In this document: positions 9,017 to 18,677 of the stretch, one piece after another
Position numbering within the stretch: position 1 is the stretch's first letter
Layout of the letters: each line of letters starts with the position of its first letter
NCBI GenBank assembly: GCA_905182775.1
Contig: CAJJCU010000007.1
Coordinates: forward strand, 1-49,674
Source of the DNA: an uncultured Flavobacteriales bacterium
Lineage (GTDB): Bacteria > Bacteroidota > Bacteroidia > Flavobacteriales_D > Crocinitomicaceae
Direction of reading: 5' to 3'
DNA: 49,674 nucleotides
Translations under genes and position numbers: made by a program
The notes under the pieces: generated by a model
Seen by the model: the letters and a program-made list of their open reading frames with translations, nothing else
Databases searched by the model: none
Told to the model about the DNA's origin: nothing

Positions 9017-9045
9017 AAAGGGAGGCATTTTGTCTCCCTTTTTTT
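9017..9045 (+). terminator. Rho-independent terminator
   Basis: Stem GGGAGGC / GTCTCCC (7 bp including one G-U) with a 5-nt loop, extended by A-T pairs and followed by T7. It lies 20 nt after the stop of the giant gene. Confidence 0.7.
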
Positions 9046-9066
9046 ATTTTAATAACTTCGATATAT

Positions 9067-10194
9067 ATGTTTAAGCTACCTGAAATACCAACCAGTATTT
9101 TCTCTAAGATGTCAAAACTATCTATTGAAAATGAAGCCTTAAATTTATCACAAGGTTTTCCTGACTTCGATGTTTCGCCTCAGCTCATTGAATTAATTGC
9201 ATCAGTATCAAAGGGCAATGTTCACCAATACTCTCCCATGCCTGGACTCCCTGACTTATTGGAAGAAACCAGTCGATTGGTTCATCAGTCCTATGGAAGG
9301 GTACTAAATCCACAAACCGAAATATTAATTACTGCAGGAGCAACCCAGGGTATATTTACAACGATTCAGGCGCTCGTATCACCAGGTGATGAAGTCTTAA
9401 TACTCGACCCAAGCTATGACTGCTATGGCATGCCCATCGTGTTAAGTCAAGGGGTTCCTATTCGCATTCCCTTAAATAAAGTATTCCTCCCTGATTGGGA
9501 GCTCATTCGGGCTTCAATTACAGACAAAACAAGACTCATCATTACAAATAACCCTCACAATCCATCGGGAAGAATTTGGACACATGAAGATATGGAGCAA
9601 CTTACCTTATTATTGGATGAAAATAAAAACCTGTACCATTTATCTGATGAAGTCTACGAGCACATTACCTTTGACCAACCTCACCTGTCAGCCAATTTAT
9701 ATTTAGGGCTACACGAAAAAACAATCATCGTCTCTTCTTTCGGCAAAAGCTTTCATATTACTGGCTGGAAAATTGGCTATGTCGTTGCCCCTAAAAAAAT
9801 AATGAATGAACTCAAAAAAGTTCATCAATACTTAGTTTTTACAGTAAACAGTCTAGGCCAGCATGTACTTTCTAAATATCTCAAGACACAAAATGTTCAA
9901 GAATTAGGGGCCTTCTATAAGGAGAAAAGAGACCTGTTTAGATCAGGTCTTCAAAATAGTAAATTCAATTTATTACCCTGTGAAGGAACCTATTTTCAAT
10001 TGGCTGCTTATGACCAAATATCAGACGAATCAGACGAAGTCTTTTGTGAAAATTTAGTAGCTGAATATAAATTGGCTGCCATTCCAATATCTGTATTTAG
10101 TGCACACAACGAAACTCAAAAAATTGTGCGCTTCTGCTTTGCAAAAGAAAATAAAACCCTCGTAAAAGCAACAACTTTATTATGCAAGATTTAA
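9067..10194 (+). CDS. Class I/II PLP-dependent aminotransferase (YbdL-type methionine/glutamine aminotransferase)
   Basis: NNPHNPSG and SFGKSFHITGWKIGY (PLP-lysine motif). 375 aa. Confidence 0.85.
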   Translation: MFKLPEIPTSIFSKMSKLSIENEALNLSQGFPDFDVSPQLIELIASVSKGNVHQYSPMPGLPDLLEETSRLVHQSYGRVLNPQTEILITAGATQGIFTTIQALVSPGDEVLILDPSYDCYGMPIVLSQGVPIRIPLNKVFLPDWELIRASITDKTRLIITNNPHNPSGRIWTHEDMEQLTLLLDENKNLYHLSDEVYEHITFDQPHLSANLYLGLHEKTIIVSSFGKSFHITGWKIGYVVAPKKIMNELKKVHQYLVFTVNSLGQHVLSKYLKTQNVQELGAFYKEKRDLFRSGLQNSKFNLLPCEGTYFQLAAYDQISDESDEVFCENLVAEYKLAAIPISVFSAHNETQKIVRFCFAKENKTLVKATTLLCKI

Positions 10195-10958
10195 AAATTG
10201 CCGTTTTACAATTTGATCAATACTGGGAGGCAAAGCACAAGAACTTTTCAAAGATTCGCTCTTTATTGACAGATGAAGAACACTATGATTTACTTTTACT
10301 CCCTGAAATGTTTCACACAGGATTTACGATGAACCATCTAAACATGGCCGAAGAGACTGATTCTTCATTAGGTATAGATTTTCTAAAAGAATTAAGTAAA
10401 GAAAGAAATTGTGCCATCTATACTTCCTTGATTATCAAGGAAAAAAACAAAGCCTATAATCGCGGTGTGCTCATCTCAAAGAATGAAATTACTTTTTATG
10501 ATAAACGCAAGTGTTTTAGTCTTGGTGGGGAAAATGAACATTTTACGGCTGGTTCAAAAGAGGTTGTTCAAAAGCTAAACGGATGGAACCTTAACCTTCA
10601 AATTTGCTATGACTTGCGCTTTCCTGAACTCATTCGAAATGAACTAAATGAGGATAATAGGCCAAAATACGATGTCCTGCTATACGTTGCCAATTGGCCA
10701 AAAAAAAGAATTGAACACTGGAAAAAACTTTTGCAAGCTAGAGCTATTGAGAATCAATGCTACGTAGTTGCTTGTAATCGAATTGGAAGCGATGGAAACG
10801 GCATTGAATATAATGGAAATAGCATGTTTATTCATCCCAATGGAACGGTTTTAGAATCTAAATTAAAAGAAAATAAAGAGGGTATAGGAAGCGCAAACCT
10901 GTCTTTTATAGAGCTGGATACGCTAAGAAAAAAGCTCCCTTTTCTTCAAGACCGTTAA
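10182..10958 (+). CDS. Carbon-nitrogen hydrolase family protein (YafV-type omega-amidase)
   Basis: Nitrilase-superfamily E-K-C triad context: LLLPEMF, YDKRKCF, ICYDLRFPE. The start overlaps the upstream aminotransferase gene by 13 nt. Confidence 0.85.
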   Translation: MQDLKIAVLQFDQYWEAKHKNFSKIRSLLTDEEHYDLLLLPEMFHTGFTMNHLNMAEETDSSLGIDFLKELSKERNCAIYTSLIIKEKNKAYNRGVLISKNEITFYDKRKCFSLGGENEHFTAGSKEVVQKLNGWNLNLQICYDLRFPELIRNELNEDNRPKYDVLLYVANWPKKRIEHWKKLLQARAIENQCYVVACNRIGSDGNGIEYNGNSMFIHPNGTVLESKLKENKEGIGSANLSFIELDTLRKKLPFLQDR

Positions 10959-11003
10959 ATTTAGTTTAGAGTTTTGTATATTTATCTACAATAAATTAAA
11001 TAA

Positions 11004-12815
11004 ATGAAAAATCTACTACTTACCGCTTGCATAGTAATTACTGCAAGTCTTGTTTGGGCGCAAAAGGCACCAAGAATCATCTCACTTGATGAGCTAATCA
11101 CTATTGAGAAACCCTCATTAGACACGGAAACTTTAAAAGACGAAGGCGTTACGATTTGGTCTGATGATTTCTCTGATGAATCCACATGGACACTTGATAA
11201 TAGTGGGCAAAACGGAGGAGCATTCGGATGGTCAATTGATGCTACATCGGATGGATGGTGGTCCAATGGAGGTATTAATTCTACGTCTGGAGGAAACTTT
11301 GCTGAGCTCTCCAATGGAGATGCTACAGTTGGAACACAAGCCTTAGATGTCATCTATACAATGACAACTGCAGCACCTATCGATGTTATCGCTTTGGCTG
11401 GATCGAACCAGGTGACATTAGAATTTGAACAATTCGGTGCTAGATTCAATGACCTTCAGCAGGTTTTATATAGCACTGACGGAGTCACTTTTACTCCAAT
11501 TGGAGATAATCTTGACAAGCCTGTTTTGTCTTCTGCAGGAGGCGAACCATACGACAACCCTGATTTAAAGCAGATTAACTTAGGAACTTTACTAACAGAA
11601 ACAAACGATCCCATTTGGATTCAATTCAGTTGGACAACAAATTTCCCTGCTTCTGCAGTAGAACCTAATGTTTGGATTACCTATGGCTGGTACATTGATG
11701 ATGTTCGGCTTGTTACAAATCCGGGTAATGACCTTGAGGTTACTGAGACGTTCTGGGGTTCAGAAGGGCTTAATTATTTTCAAATTCCAATCACTCAGGT
11801 TGCTCCAATTAATTTCGAAGCCGTGTTGTTTAATAGCGGTGTCACTGAGCAAACGAATATTACTTTAAATGCTGACGTTAACGGAGGATCCTTCACCGGT
11901 TCAAGCGACCCGATTTCTTTACAATCTTTAAGTATAGATACAATTAGTTTGAGCACATTGTTTACGCCCGATGCATTAGGAGATTACACTGTGATACAAA
12001 GTATCACTGCCGACTCAACGGATGATGTCCCTAGTAACAATGAAATCGGAGACATTAGCTTTTCTGTTGTAGACTATATTTATGCTCGCGATAACAACGA
12101 TGTTGGAGGAAGTACAAGTAATGGAATAGATGGATTTGAATCTGGGAACCTATTTGATATCTGGTCAGATCAGACATTAAAAGCAATTGACATAAGATTA
12201 CCCGGAGGAACAAACGGAACAGCGCTAGGAATAGAGTTCTACGTAAAGCTGTATAGCCTTGATGAAGCAGGTGAATTTGTTTATGTAAATGAATCAGACC
12301 CAATTATTATAACACAGCAAATGCTAAACACGATTCAAACAATAGAATTGTTGTTTCCTACAGATGTGTTTGCAAATACAACCTATTTGGCTGTAGTAGG
12401 GTCTTATGAAGAAGGATTCAGAGTTTCAACGGCAGGAACTTCAGATCCTCAGACTTCGTTCTTCCTAGACTTTGCTAACAATACTTGGTACTACCAAACA
12501 GGAACCCCTTTTGTTAGGTTAAATTTTGATCCAACGATTGGTATACAAGAAAATAGCGCTTCTTTTAACGCAGGAAATGTGTACCCGAATCCAGTAGATG
12601 GAGCGGCTTCTTTAAAGGTTTTCATGAACAATTCGCAGCAAATGACATTGAGCATAACTGACCTGTCAGGAAGGGTTGTCTATTCTAAGAACAAAACACT
12701 TCATTCAGGTGAAAACAATATTGTTTTAGCTTCAGGGAGTCTAAATAGCGGAATCTATACTGTTCTTTTAAATAGTGGATTGAGTACTATTTCTAGAAAA
12801 ATGGTAGTAAAGTAA
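11004..12815 (+). CDS. T9SS-secreted protein with an N-terminal MAM/choice-of-anchor-J-like domain and a type A C-terminal sorting domain
   Basis: Signal peptide LLLTACIVITASLVWAQ. WSDDFSDESTW...GWYIDDVRL domain. C-terminal VYPNPVDGAASLKV...GIYTVLL...RKMVVK. Confidence 0.8.
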   Translation: MKNLLLTACIVITASLVWAQKAPRIISLDELITIEKPSLDTETLKDEGVTIWSDDFSDESTWTLDNSGQNGGAFGWSIDATSDGWWSNGGINSTSGGNFAELSNGDATVGTQALDVIYTMTTAAPIDVIALAGSNQVTLEFEQFGARFNDLQQVLYSTDGVTFTPIGDNLDKPVLSSAGGEPYDNPDLKQINLGTLLTETNDPIWIQFSWTTNFPASAVEPNVWITYGWYIDDVRLVTNPGNDLEVTETFWGSEGLNYFQIPITQVAPINFEAVLFNSGVTEQTNITLNADVNGGSFTGSSDPISLQSLSIDTISLSTLFTPDALGDYTVIQSITADSTDDVPSNNEIGDISFSVVDYIYARDNNDVGGSTSNGIDGFESGNLFDIWSDQTLKAIDIRLPGGTNGTALGIEFYVKLYSLDEAGEFVYVNESDPIIITQQMLNTIQTIELLFPTDVFANTTYLAVVGSYEEGFRVSTAGTSDPQTSFFLDFANNTWYYQTGTPFVRLNFDPTIGIQENSASFNAGNVYPNPVDGAASLKVFMNNSQQMTLSITDLSGRVVYSKNKTLHSGENNIVLASGSLNSGIYTVLLNSGLSTISRKMVVK

Positions 12816-12836
12816 ACCTAAAATAAATCGTATTTT

Positions 12837-12862
12837 AAAGCCGGCTAATGCCGGCTTTTTTT
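12837..12862 (+). terminator. Rho-independent terminator
   Basis: Stem AAAGCCGGC / GCCGGCTTT with loop TAAT, followed by a T-run. It lies 22 nt after the stop at 12815 and contains the ORF-track ATG at 12848. Confidence 0.75.
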
Positions 12863-13300
12863 ATGATGGAAATTGAACTCGGATATCTCGGATTATTTAT
12901 AACTAGCTTTTTAGCAGCTACATTTTTACCCATCACATCTGAGGTGTTCCTAATCAGCATGCTTGCATTGGGTTTTGACCCATGGCTGACCCTTATTTAT
13001 GCCAGCTTGGGGAATTCTGCAGGGGGTTGGTTCAACTATGCTATAGGACGCCTAGGAAACCCCAGATGGTTAAAGCGACTTAGAATTTCTTCTGAAAAAA
13101 TCACAAAGTGGGAAGGGAAAGTTCATAAATATGGCCATTGGCTTGGTTTTCTAAGCTGGTTGCCATTCGTTGGGGATGCGATGGCTGTTGCTCTTGGATT
13201 TTTCAGAGCTCCATTACTACCCAGTTTCTTTTTTATACTCTTAGGGAAGTTTTTACGTTACCTCATCATAGTGATGCTTTTCAATCTCGATTGGCTATAG
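12863..13300 (+). CDS. YqaA-family (DedA/SNARE-associated-like) inner membrane protein
   Basis: LFITSFLAATFLPITSEV...SLGNSAGGWFNYAIGRLG matches the YqaA pattern. The start was moved to ATG 12863 because the 12848 ATG lies inside the terminator hairpin. Confidence 0.7.
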   Translation: MMEIELGYLGLFITSFLAATFLPITSEVFLISMLALGFDPWLTLIYASLGNSAGGWFNYAIGRLGNPRWLKRLRISSEKITKWEGKVHKYGHWLGFLSWLPFVGDAMAVALGFFRAPLLPSFFFILLGKFLRYLIIVMLFNLDWL

Positions 13301-13367
13301 AAGAAACAAATAATTAAAATTAACGTATCTTAGTTTTAAGGAGTATACTGCACTCCTACTTTATACT

Positions 13368-14750
13368 ATGGAAAGGATTTTTAGATTTATAACAAATACT
13401 GTTGACAGCTTTCGAATAAACAAGGAGCGAGAAGATTTTAATGCCATATCAGAGAACATTGATAGCGGCGTTATTTTTAAAGGTACGAACCTTTGGATTT
13501 TAGTCTTTGCCATTTTTATTTGCTCCCTGGGATTAAATGTGAATTCAACTGCAGTGGTGATTGGCGCCATGCTTGTTTCTCCACTTATGGGACCAATTAT
13601 TGGACTGGGTTTTGGAATTGCAACCTCGAATATCTCCTTACTAAAGAAAGCCCTATACAACTACTTATTCGCAGGTGTTGTTGCCCTTGTGACATCAACA
13701 CTGTATTTTTCTCTTACCCCTATTCATGTTGCACAAACTGAAATGCTGGCTAGAACATCTCCTAATATTTATGATGTTTTAATTGCTTTTTTCGGTGGGC
13801 TTGCCGGAATTATAGCCATCGCAAGTAAAATGAAAGGGAATGTCATTCCTGGTGTTGCTATAGCCACAGCTTTGATGCCTCCTTTATGCACAGCGGGATA
13901 TGGATTGGCGACACTTCAATGGACATTTTTCTTTGGTGCATTTTACTTGTTCTTCATAAACACCGTATTTATCGCGCTTGCAACCTTGCTTACGGCTAGA
14001 CTTTTGAAATTCCCTCAAAAACAAGTCCTAGATGAAAAACTATCAAAACGTACGAATCGTGTTATTTGGTCTATTACAATATTGACTATTGTGCCTAGTA
14101 TTTATTTCGGATATACGATGGTTCAGGAAGATAGGTACTATCAAAAAGCACTCAATTTTGTTAAACTTGAAATGGCAAAACACCCGACTAAAAACAGTTA
14201 CCTGCTGGAGCATGAAATTAATGCCGCGGATCAAAAGATTACCTTAATTTATGGTGGGGCAGATATTTCAAGTGCAGAAATTAAAAACCTTGAGAAAAAC
14301 CTTCCTGGTTTCGAGTTAGGCGGTACTGAATTAGATATTCAAATAGGCTTTGGAAATAAAGAAGATGATGAAGTTAATCCTTTAGCCATAGAACTTTTAT
14401 CGAAGGAACAACAACTGCAAGAAATTGAATCCGAACTTGAATTAAAAAACAATATACTAGATAGTATTTCATCTCTCAACCAATTGAGTAAAAAAATATT
14501 TAAAGAACTAAAAGTACAGTATAGAGGGATCGCTACATTAAGCATGCAGCCAAGTATAGAGTATTCTGACTCCATCAGCAGTAATGTTTGGTTGGTACGC
14601 ATTGAGCAAGATTCCCTTCTGGTAAAAGAAGATCAAGATAGGATCGAAGCTTTTTTGAAAGAACGTGTTGAGAATAACAACCTACACATTCAATATGAAT
14701 TAAAGAATCCGGTTTTGTTTCAACCCTTTAGGGGCTTTTTCAACCAATAG
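13368..14750 (+). CDS. DUF389 / TIGR00341-like integral membrane protein with a C-terminal soluble extension
   Basis: GAMLVSPLMGPI and ALMPPLCTAGYG motifs with several TM helices in the first ~250 aa. The C-terminal ~200 aa are hydrophilic and partly coiled-coil-like. Confidence 0.55.
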   Translation: MERIFRFITNTVDSFRINKEREDFNAISENIDSGVIFKGTNLWILVFAIFICSLGLNVNSTAVVIGAMLVSPLMGPIIGLGFGIATSNISLLKKALYNYLFAGVVALVTSTLYFSLTPIHVAQTEMLARTSPNIYDVLIAFFGGLAGIIAIASKMKGNVIPGVAIATALMPPLCTAGYGLATLQWTFFFGAFYLFFINTVFIALATLLTARLLKFPQKQVLDEKLSKRTNRVIWSITILTIVPSIYFGYTMVQEDRYYQKALNFVKLEMAKHPTKNSYLLEHEINAADQKITLIYGGADISSAEIKNLEKNLPGFELGGTELDIQIGFGNKEDDEVNPLAIELLSKEQQLQEIESELELKNNILDSISSLNQLSKKIFKELKVQYRGIATLSMQPSIEYSDSISSNVWLVRIEQDSLLVKEDQDRIEAFLKERVENNNLHIQYELKNPVLFQPFRGFFNQ

Positions 14751-14757
14751 TATTGCA

Positions 14758-16212
14758 TTATAAATTGCGGTAATAGCGCTTAAATGGATCGGATCCGTTT
14801 ATAATATCATCTATACTATAGTCCAGGATAACCTCGGGGACAATTTCATGACCAGTTCCTTTAGGCGATGTACTTAATTTCAAGGTCGAAATAGATATTG
14901 GAATCCGTGAATACTTCAAGACGATTCTGGCAGGGTTTCCGTGCGTACCATACATGGACCCGAAACAAGGTGTTCCAATGATTTGTCCCCGATTTTGTTC
15001 TTTAAACCAAGAAGACATAAGGGCCGAGGCAGACATGGATAATCCATTTGTGAAAAGGGTGCATTTTCCTGAATAGGTTAACCCATTTTTATTCCTTAAC
15101 TTTTTTTGATATAAAATAGAGCTGATAGTGCCTTTTTCACTTTGATAAAAATCATACTCTTTGCTAATCATACCCTCAGGGTATACTCTCATAGCGCGCT
15201 TTTCAAAGTCGATTTTCTTTAATCGAGACAGAGTCTCAAACCTATCTAACGGGCTTCTCTTATAAAGATAATTTAAGTCAAAAGTCGCTCCCTCTTTATT
15301 AAGGTAACTCAACACATATTCTAAGAGTAAGACATACCCCCCCCTATTATTTCGTACATCTATAACAACATGGCCAATAGAATTTTTCTCCACCTTTTTA
15401 AAAAACGAATCAATGCCTCTTTTAAAACGTCGCTCTCTGCGTGCTTCAAATGTACTCAAACCCAAGTATGCTATACTTTCGTCTATGTTAAAAATCAAAT
15501 CTTTCTTTTTATTCCATTGGTTTTTGCTGATGTATTGGTTCATCTTTAGCGTTGGAACGATGCTGCGAACTGTATCTCCATCGATTGAAACAAACTTCAT
15601 TTCGACAGGTTGATCGGGTCTTTCATTTAAAATATTAAAAATCAATCCCATCATTAATGAAATGATTTCATTTCGGGCCTGAAATGATGCGCTCTCACGC
15701 GGTGCTAATGACTCTGCGAAATCGTACAACTGGGCCACTGTAAATTCATTGACTGCTAGAACTTGAACGCCTAATGGAATCGCATTGCGCCGAATTTTAG
15801 AGAGGTAAAATTCGCCTCCTATTCGCGTTAAATAAAACGGCGCCAGTCGCCTTTTCTTTTCACAAAGGGTTAGCAAGTCTCTAGGGTTTAAGGCAGTATG
15901 AGAGTCCTCTAAGGTTCCTATAAATTCATTTACAATTTGGGAAAACTCTAAAGCCGTTTTGGGCGTGTTTACACGCGCTAGAGCCTTTTGGTATGCCTGT
16001 TCGAAAACACCCTCTGTGCAACGATAATAAGGGTCTGGATGCGTCTCGCTCACGGCTTCTTTGAGCTGAGCCAAATCTAAAGCCATAACACTCGGACAAA
16101 TTAAGAGGTGTAAATTGGAGTACCTTTTCACATTTGGTATTGCTAAATCACAGGGTTGTGAAAACAACAAACCAAAAGGGGAAAATACCAGAAATAATAA
16201 GATTCCTTTCAC
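14758..16212 (-). CDS. S41-family peptidase (tail-specific protease-like), secreted
   Basis: Signal peptide. VVIDVRNNRGGY and GLSMSASALM (catalytic Ser context), followed by IIGTPCFG. Confidence 0.75.
   Translation of the reverse strand: MKGILLFLVFSPFGLLFSQPCDLAIPNVKRYSNLHLLICPSVMALDLAQLKEAVSETHPDPYYRCTEGVFEQAYQKALARVNTPKTALEFSQIVNEFIGTLEDSHTALNPRDLLTLCEKKRRLAPFYLTRIGGEFYLSKIRRNAIPLGVQVLAVNEFTVAQLYDFAESLAPRESASFQARNEIISLMMGLIFNILNERPDQPVEMKFVSIDGDTVRSIVPTLKMNQYISKNQWNKKKDLIFNIDESIAYLGLSTFEARRERRFKRGIDSFFKKVEKNSIGHVVIDVRNNRGGYVLLLEYVLSYLNKEGATFDLNYLYKRSPLDRFETLSRLKKIDFEKRAMRVYPEGMISKEYDFYQSEKGTISSILYQKKLRNKNGLTYSGKCTLFTNGLSMSASALMSSWFKEQNRGQIIGTPCFGSMYGTHGNPARIVLKYSRIPISISTLKLSTSPKGTGHEIVPEVILDYSIDDIINGSDPFKRYYRNL
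15337..15344 (-). repeat. G8 homopolymer on the coding strand of the S41 peptidase gene
   Basis: C8 on the + strand. It encodes the R-G-G of the conserved NNRGGY motif (AAT AAT AGG GGG GGG TAT). Confidence 0.9.
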
Positions 16213-16228
16213 GTTATTAATTCAGTTT

Positions 16229-16236
16229 CAAAATTA
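16229..16236 (-). promoter_or_regulatory. -7 promoter box TAATTTTG (minus strand)
   Basis: CAAAATTA on the + strand, 16 nt upstream of the S41 peptidase start codon. Confidence 0.4.
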
Positions 16237-16351
16237 CATCATAAGAGCAAGAATATCTGCTTTATCGCCCATAATATATCTTAAAAGTGTTAATTTTAAG
16301 AATCTAATAGAAAAACATGTTAATCACTTAATGAAATTTTAGTCGAAATTT

Positions 16352-17242
16352 ATGACAACATTTCTTATTTCCGGTGGTAGAGGTTTGGTAGGAAAATCAC
16401 TATCTCAAATGCTCAGAAGACAAGGGCATAAAGTATACAAGCTCACCCGATACCCTAAAAGAAAGGGACATATTCAATGGAATCCTGAAAAACAATTCAT
16501 AGACGATAAATACCTGCATGAAGTTGATGTAATCATCAACCTCGCAGGCGCTAATATTGGAGAGAGAAAATGGAGCGATAAACGAAAAATAGAGTTAATA
16601 AACTCTAGAGTTAATTCCATTAATTTCTTAAGATCATCTGTTGCAAAAATGCCGAATCTTAACTATTATATCAGCGCATCAGGGATCAATTGTTACGGCT
16701 ATAATATGCACACAGAAAAACTGGAGTCAGACGACTACGGAGATGATTTTCTTTCAAAATTAGTTCAAGAATGGGAGCATGCAAGTAATAGCTTTCAAGA
16801 TGTATGCCCAGTGGCTATATTGAGAATTGCCATGGTGGTCGATAAAAAAGGCGGAGCACTTCAGAAAATAATGAAAACCGTTCGTCTCGGACTAGGGTCT
16901 CCACTCGGTAGTGGACAACAATATCTTCCCTGGATTCACATTAAAGACTTATGTCGAATGTTTGTGTATTGTATAGAGCATAAAAAAGAAGGTGTCTATA
17001 ATGCAGCGAATGGATATGTGTCGAATAAAGAATTCATGAGGACCCTTTCAAAAAAGATGAAAAGACCCTTTTTCTTCCCTGCCATACCTAGATCTATTTT
17101 ATCACTTTTTCTCGGAGAAATGTCAACAATGCTTACCGAAAGCCTAAAGGTTTCGAATGAAAAGATTAAAAATACGGGGTTTGAATTTTTTCACCTCAAT
17201 TTCGATTCAGCAATAGCAGAAATAGTACAAAAAGAGTCCTGA
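16352..17242 (+). CDS. TIGR01777/YfcH-type NAD-dependent epimerase family protein (SDR39U1-like, DUF1731 C-terminus)
   Basis: ISGGRGLVGKSL Rossmann motif, VIINLAGANIGERKWSDKRK..INSRV, 296 aa. Confidence 0.8.
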   Translation: MTTFLISGGRGLVGKSLSQMLRRQGHKVYKLTRYPKRKGHIQWNPEKQFIDDKYLHEVDVIINLAGANIGERKWSDKRKIELINSRVNSINFLRSSVAKMPNLNYYISASGINCYGYNMHTEKLESDDYGDDFLSKLVQEWEHASNSFQDVCPVAILRIAMVVDKKGGALQKIMKTVRLGLGSPLGSGQQYLPWIHIKDLCRMFVYCIEHKKEGVYNAANGYVSNKEFMRTLSKKMKRPFFFPAIPRSILSLFLGEMSTMLTESLKVSNEKIKNTGFEFFHLNFDSAIAEIVQKES

Positions 17243-17331
17243 TTTTCAGGATTAAAAAAAAATACACAAATACCCTAAAATTTTTCGTTGATATTATCGA
17301 TTTAAAGTTAACTTCAATTAAAAGTATTTGA

Positions 17332-18651
17332 ATGGCAAAAAAGCAAAAGATTTTCGTTTTAGACACTTCCGTTTTACTTCATGACCACCAATCCATTACA
17401 ACCTTCGAGGATAACAATGTGGCGATTCCCATAACTGTTTTAGAAGAGTTAGATAAATTCAAAGTTGGAAACGACACGAAGAACTTCTGCGCGCGCGAGG
17501 TGATCCGTTTTATAGACAAGTTATCAGGTAGTGGTGGTTTGCAAGATTGGATTTCACTTGGGAAGGGGAAGGGTAAGTTTCGAGTCGTTATGGAACAAAA
17601 ACCAAAAGACTTAGATGCCGAAAACATATATGCGCAAGGGAAAAATGACCATAAAATCATTAATGCTGCGCTTTTCCTAAAAGAAAACGAAACAAAAAAA
17701 CAGGTGACTCTGGTCACTAAGGATATCAACCTGAGAATAAAAGCAAAAGCCCTAGGCGTTATTGCAGAAGATTATGAAACAGGGAAAGTCTCGATCCAAA
17801 ATGAAGAAAAGTCAAATACGATCGAAGGAGTTGACTCGGAAAGAATACGAGAGATTTTCACAAAAGGTCGAATCGATGAAAATGGAGTTCTCGGTGAAAA
17901 TAAATTGGTGAATGGGTACTATATACTTAAAAATGGGAAATCTTCTTCACTGTCATTTTTTAACCATGCTACAGACCAATTGGAACGAATTGAAAAAGAA
18001 TTCGTCTATGGGATTAAACCAAAAAATGCCGAACAAGCCTTTGCTTTTCATGCATTGATGAATCAAAACATTAAACTAGTAGCTATTCAAGGGGTTGCTG
18101 GAACAGGTAAAACGCTTTTGGCTTTGGCTTCTGCTCTAGAGCAAGCAAAACAATACAACCAAATCATTTTAGCAAGACCCATTGTGCCTCTTTCTAATAA
18201 AGAGATTGGGTTTCTTCCAGGTGATGCCAGTGATAAAATCGGTCCTTACATGGAGCCGCTGTTTGATAATTTAAAATTCATCAAATCTCAATTTGGGCAA
18301 AACGAAAAAAAACACAAAGCAATTCTTGAAATGCAAGAGTCTGGTAAAATACTCATCACGCCTCTTGCTTTTATTAGAGGGAGAAGTTTGTCCAATATCA
18401 TGTTTATTATTGATGAGGCTCAAAACTTGACTCCTCACGAAGTAAAAACGATTATTACTCGAGCGGGAGAGAATACTAAAATTATTTTTACGGGAGATGT
18501 GCATCAAATCGACACACCATACTTAGATGAAAACAGTAACGGACTTGCTTATTTAATTGATAGATTAACGGGGCAAAAGCTTTTTGCTAACGTCAAATTA
18601 GAAAAAGGAGAACGCTCTGATCTTGCAAATATGGCAAACGATTTACTTTAA
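17332..18651 (+). CDS. PhoH-family ATPase with an N-terminal PIN domain (YlaK-like)
   Basis: PIN-like VLDTSVLLHD. Walker A GVAGTGKT and Walker B FIIDEAQN. GDVHQID. Confidence 0.85.
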   Translation: MAKKQKIFVLDTSVLLHDHQSITTFEDNNVAIPITVLEELDKFKVGNDTKNFCAREVIRFIDKLSGSGGLQDWISLGKGKGKFRVVMEQKPKDLDAENIYAQGKNDHKIINAALFLKENETKKQVTLVTKDINLRIKAKALGVIAEDYETGKVSIQNEEKSNTIEGVDSERIREIFTKGRIDENGVLGENKLVNGYYILKNGKSSSLSFFNHATDQLERIEKEFVYGIKPKNAEQAFAFHALMNQNIKLVAIQGVAGTGKTLLALASALEQAKQYNQIILARPIVPLSNKEIGFLPGDASDKIGPYMEPLFDNLKFIKSQFGQNEKKHKAILEMQESGKILITPLAFIRGRSLSNIMFIIDEAQNLTPHEVKTIITRAGENTKIIFTGDVHQIDTPYLDENSNGLAYLIDRLTGQKLFANVKLEKGERSDLANMANDLL

Positions 18652-18677
18652 TAAATTTTAGGCTATATAAAACTGTA

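Noticed and set aside
10982-11353. 123-aa minus-strand ORF overlapping the 5' end of the 11004-12815 gene
   Set aside because: It is antisense to a well-supported secreted protein gene (signal peptide, CTD). Its composition is low-complexity and Ser/Pro-rich, which is typical of a shadow frame.
13339-13357. Hairpin AGGAGT/ACTCCT between the YqaA and DUF389 genes
   Set aside because: It is only 6 bp with a 7-nt loop and no downstream T-run. It could be a weak terminator, but the evidence is too thin to list as a feature.
17237-17262. 6-bp hairpin TCCTGA/TCAGGA overlapping the stop codon of the epimerase gene, followed by A9
   Set aside because: The stem is short and AT/GC-mixed. It is followed by an A-run rather than a T-run on the transcribed strand, so it is not a convincing intrinsic terminator.
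17379-17729. Long antisense ORFs inside well-supported genes (17379-17729 in phoH, 2420-2743 in the kinase, 46818-47141 in icd, 41415-41690 in the DUF3050 region, 38812-39105 in coxIII)
   Set aside because: None has recognisable motifs and all are fully embedded opposite strongly supported CDSs. They are treated as non-coding frames.
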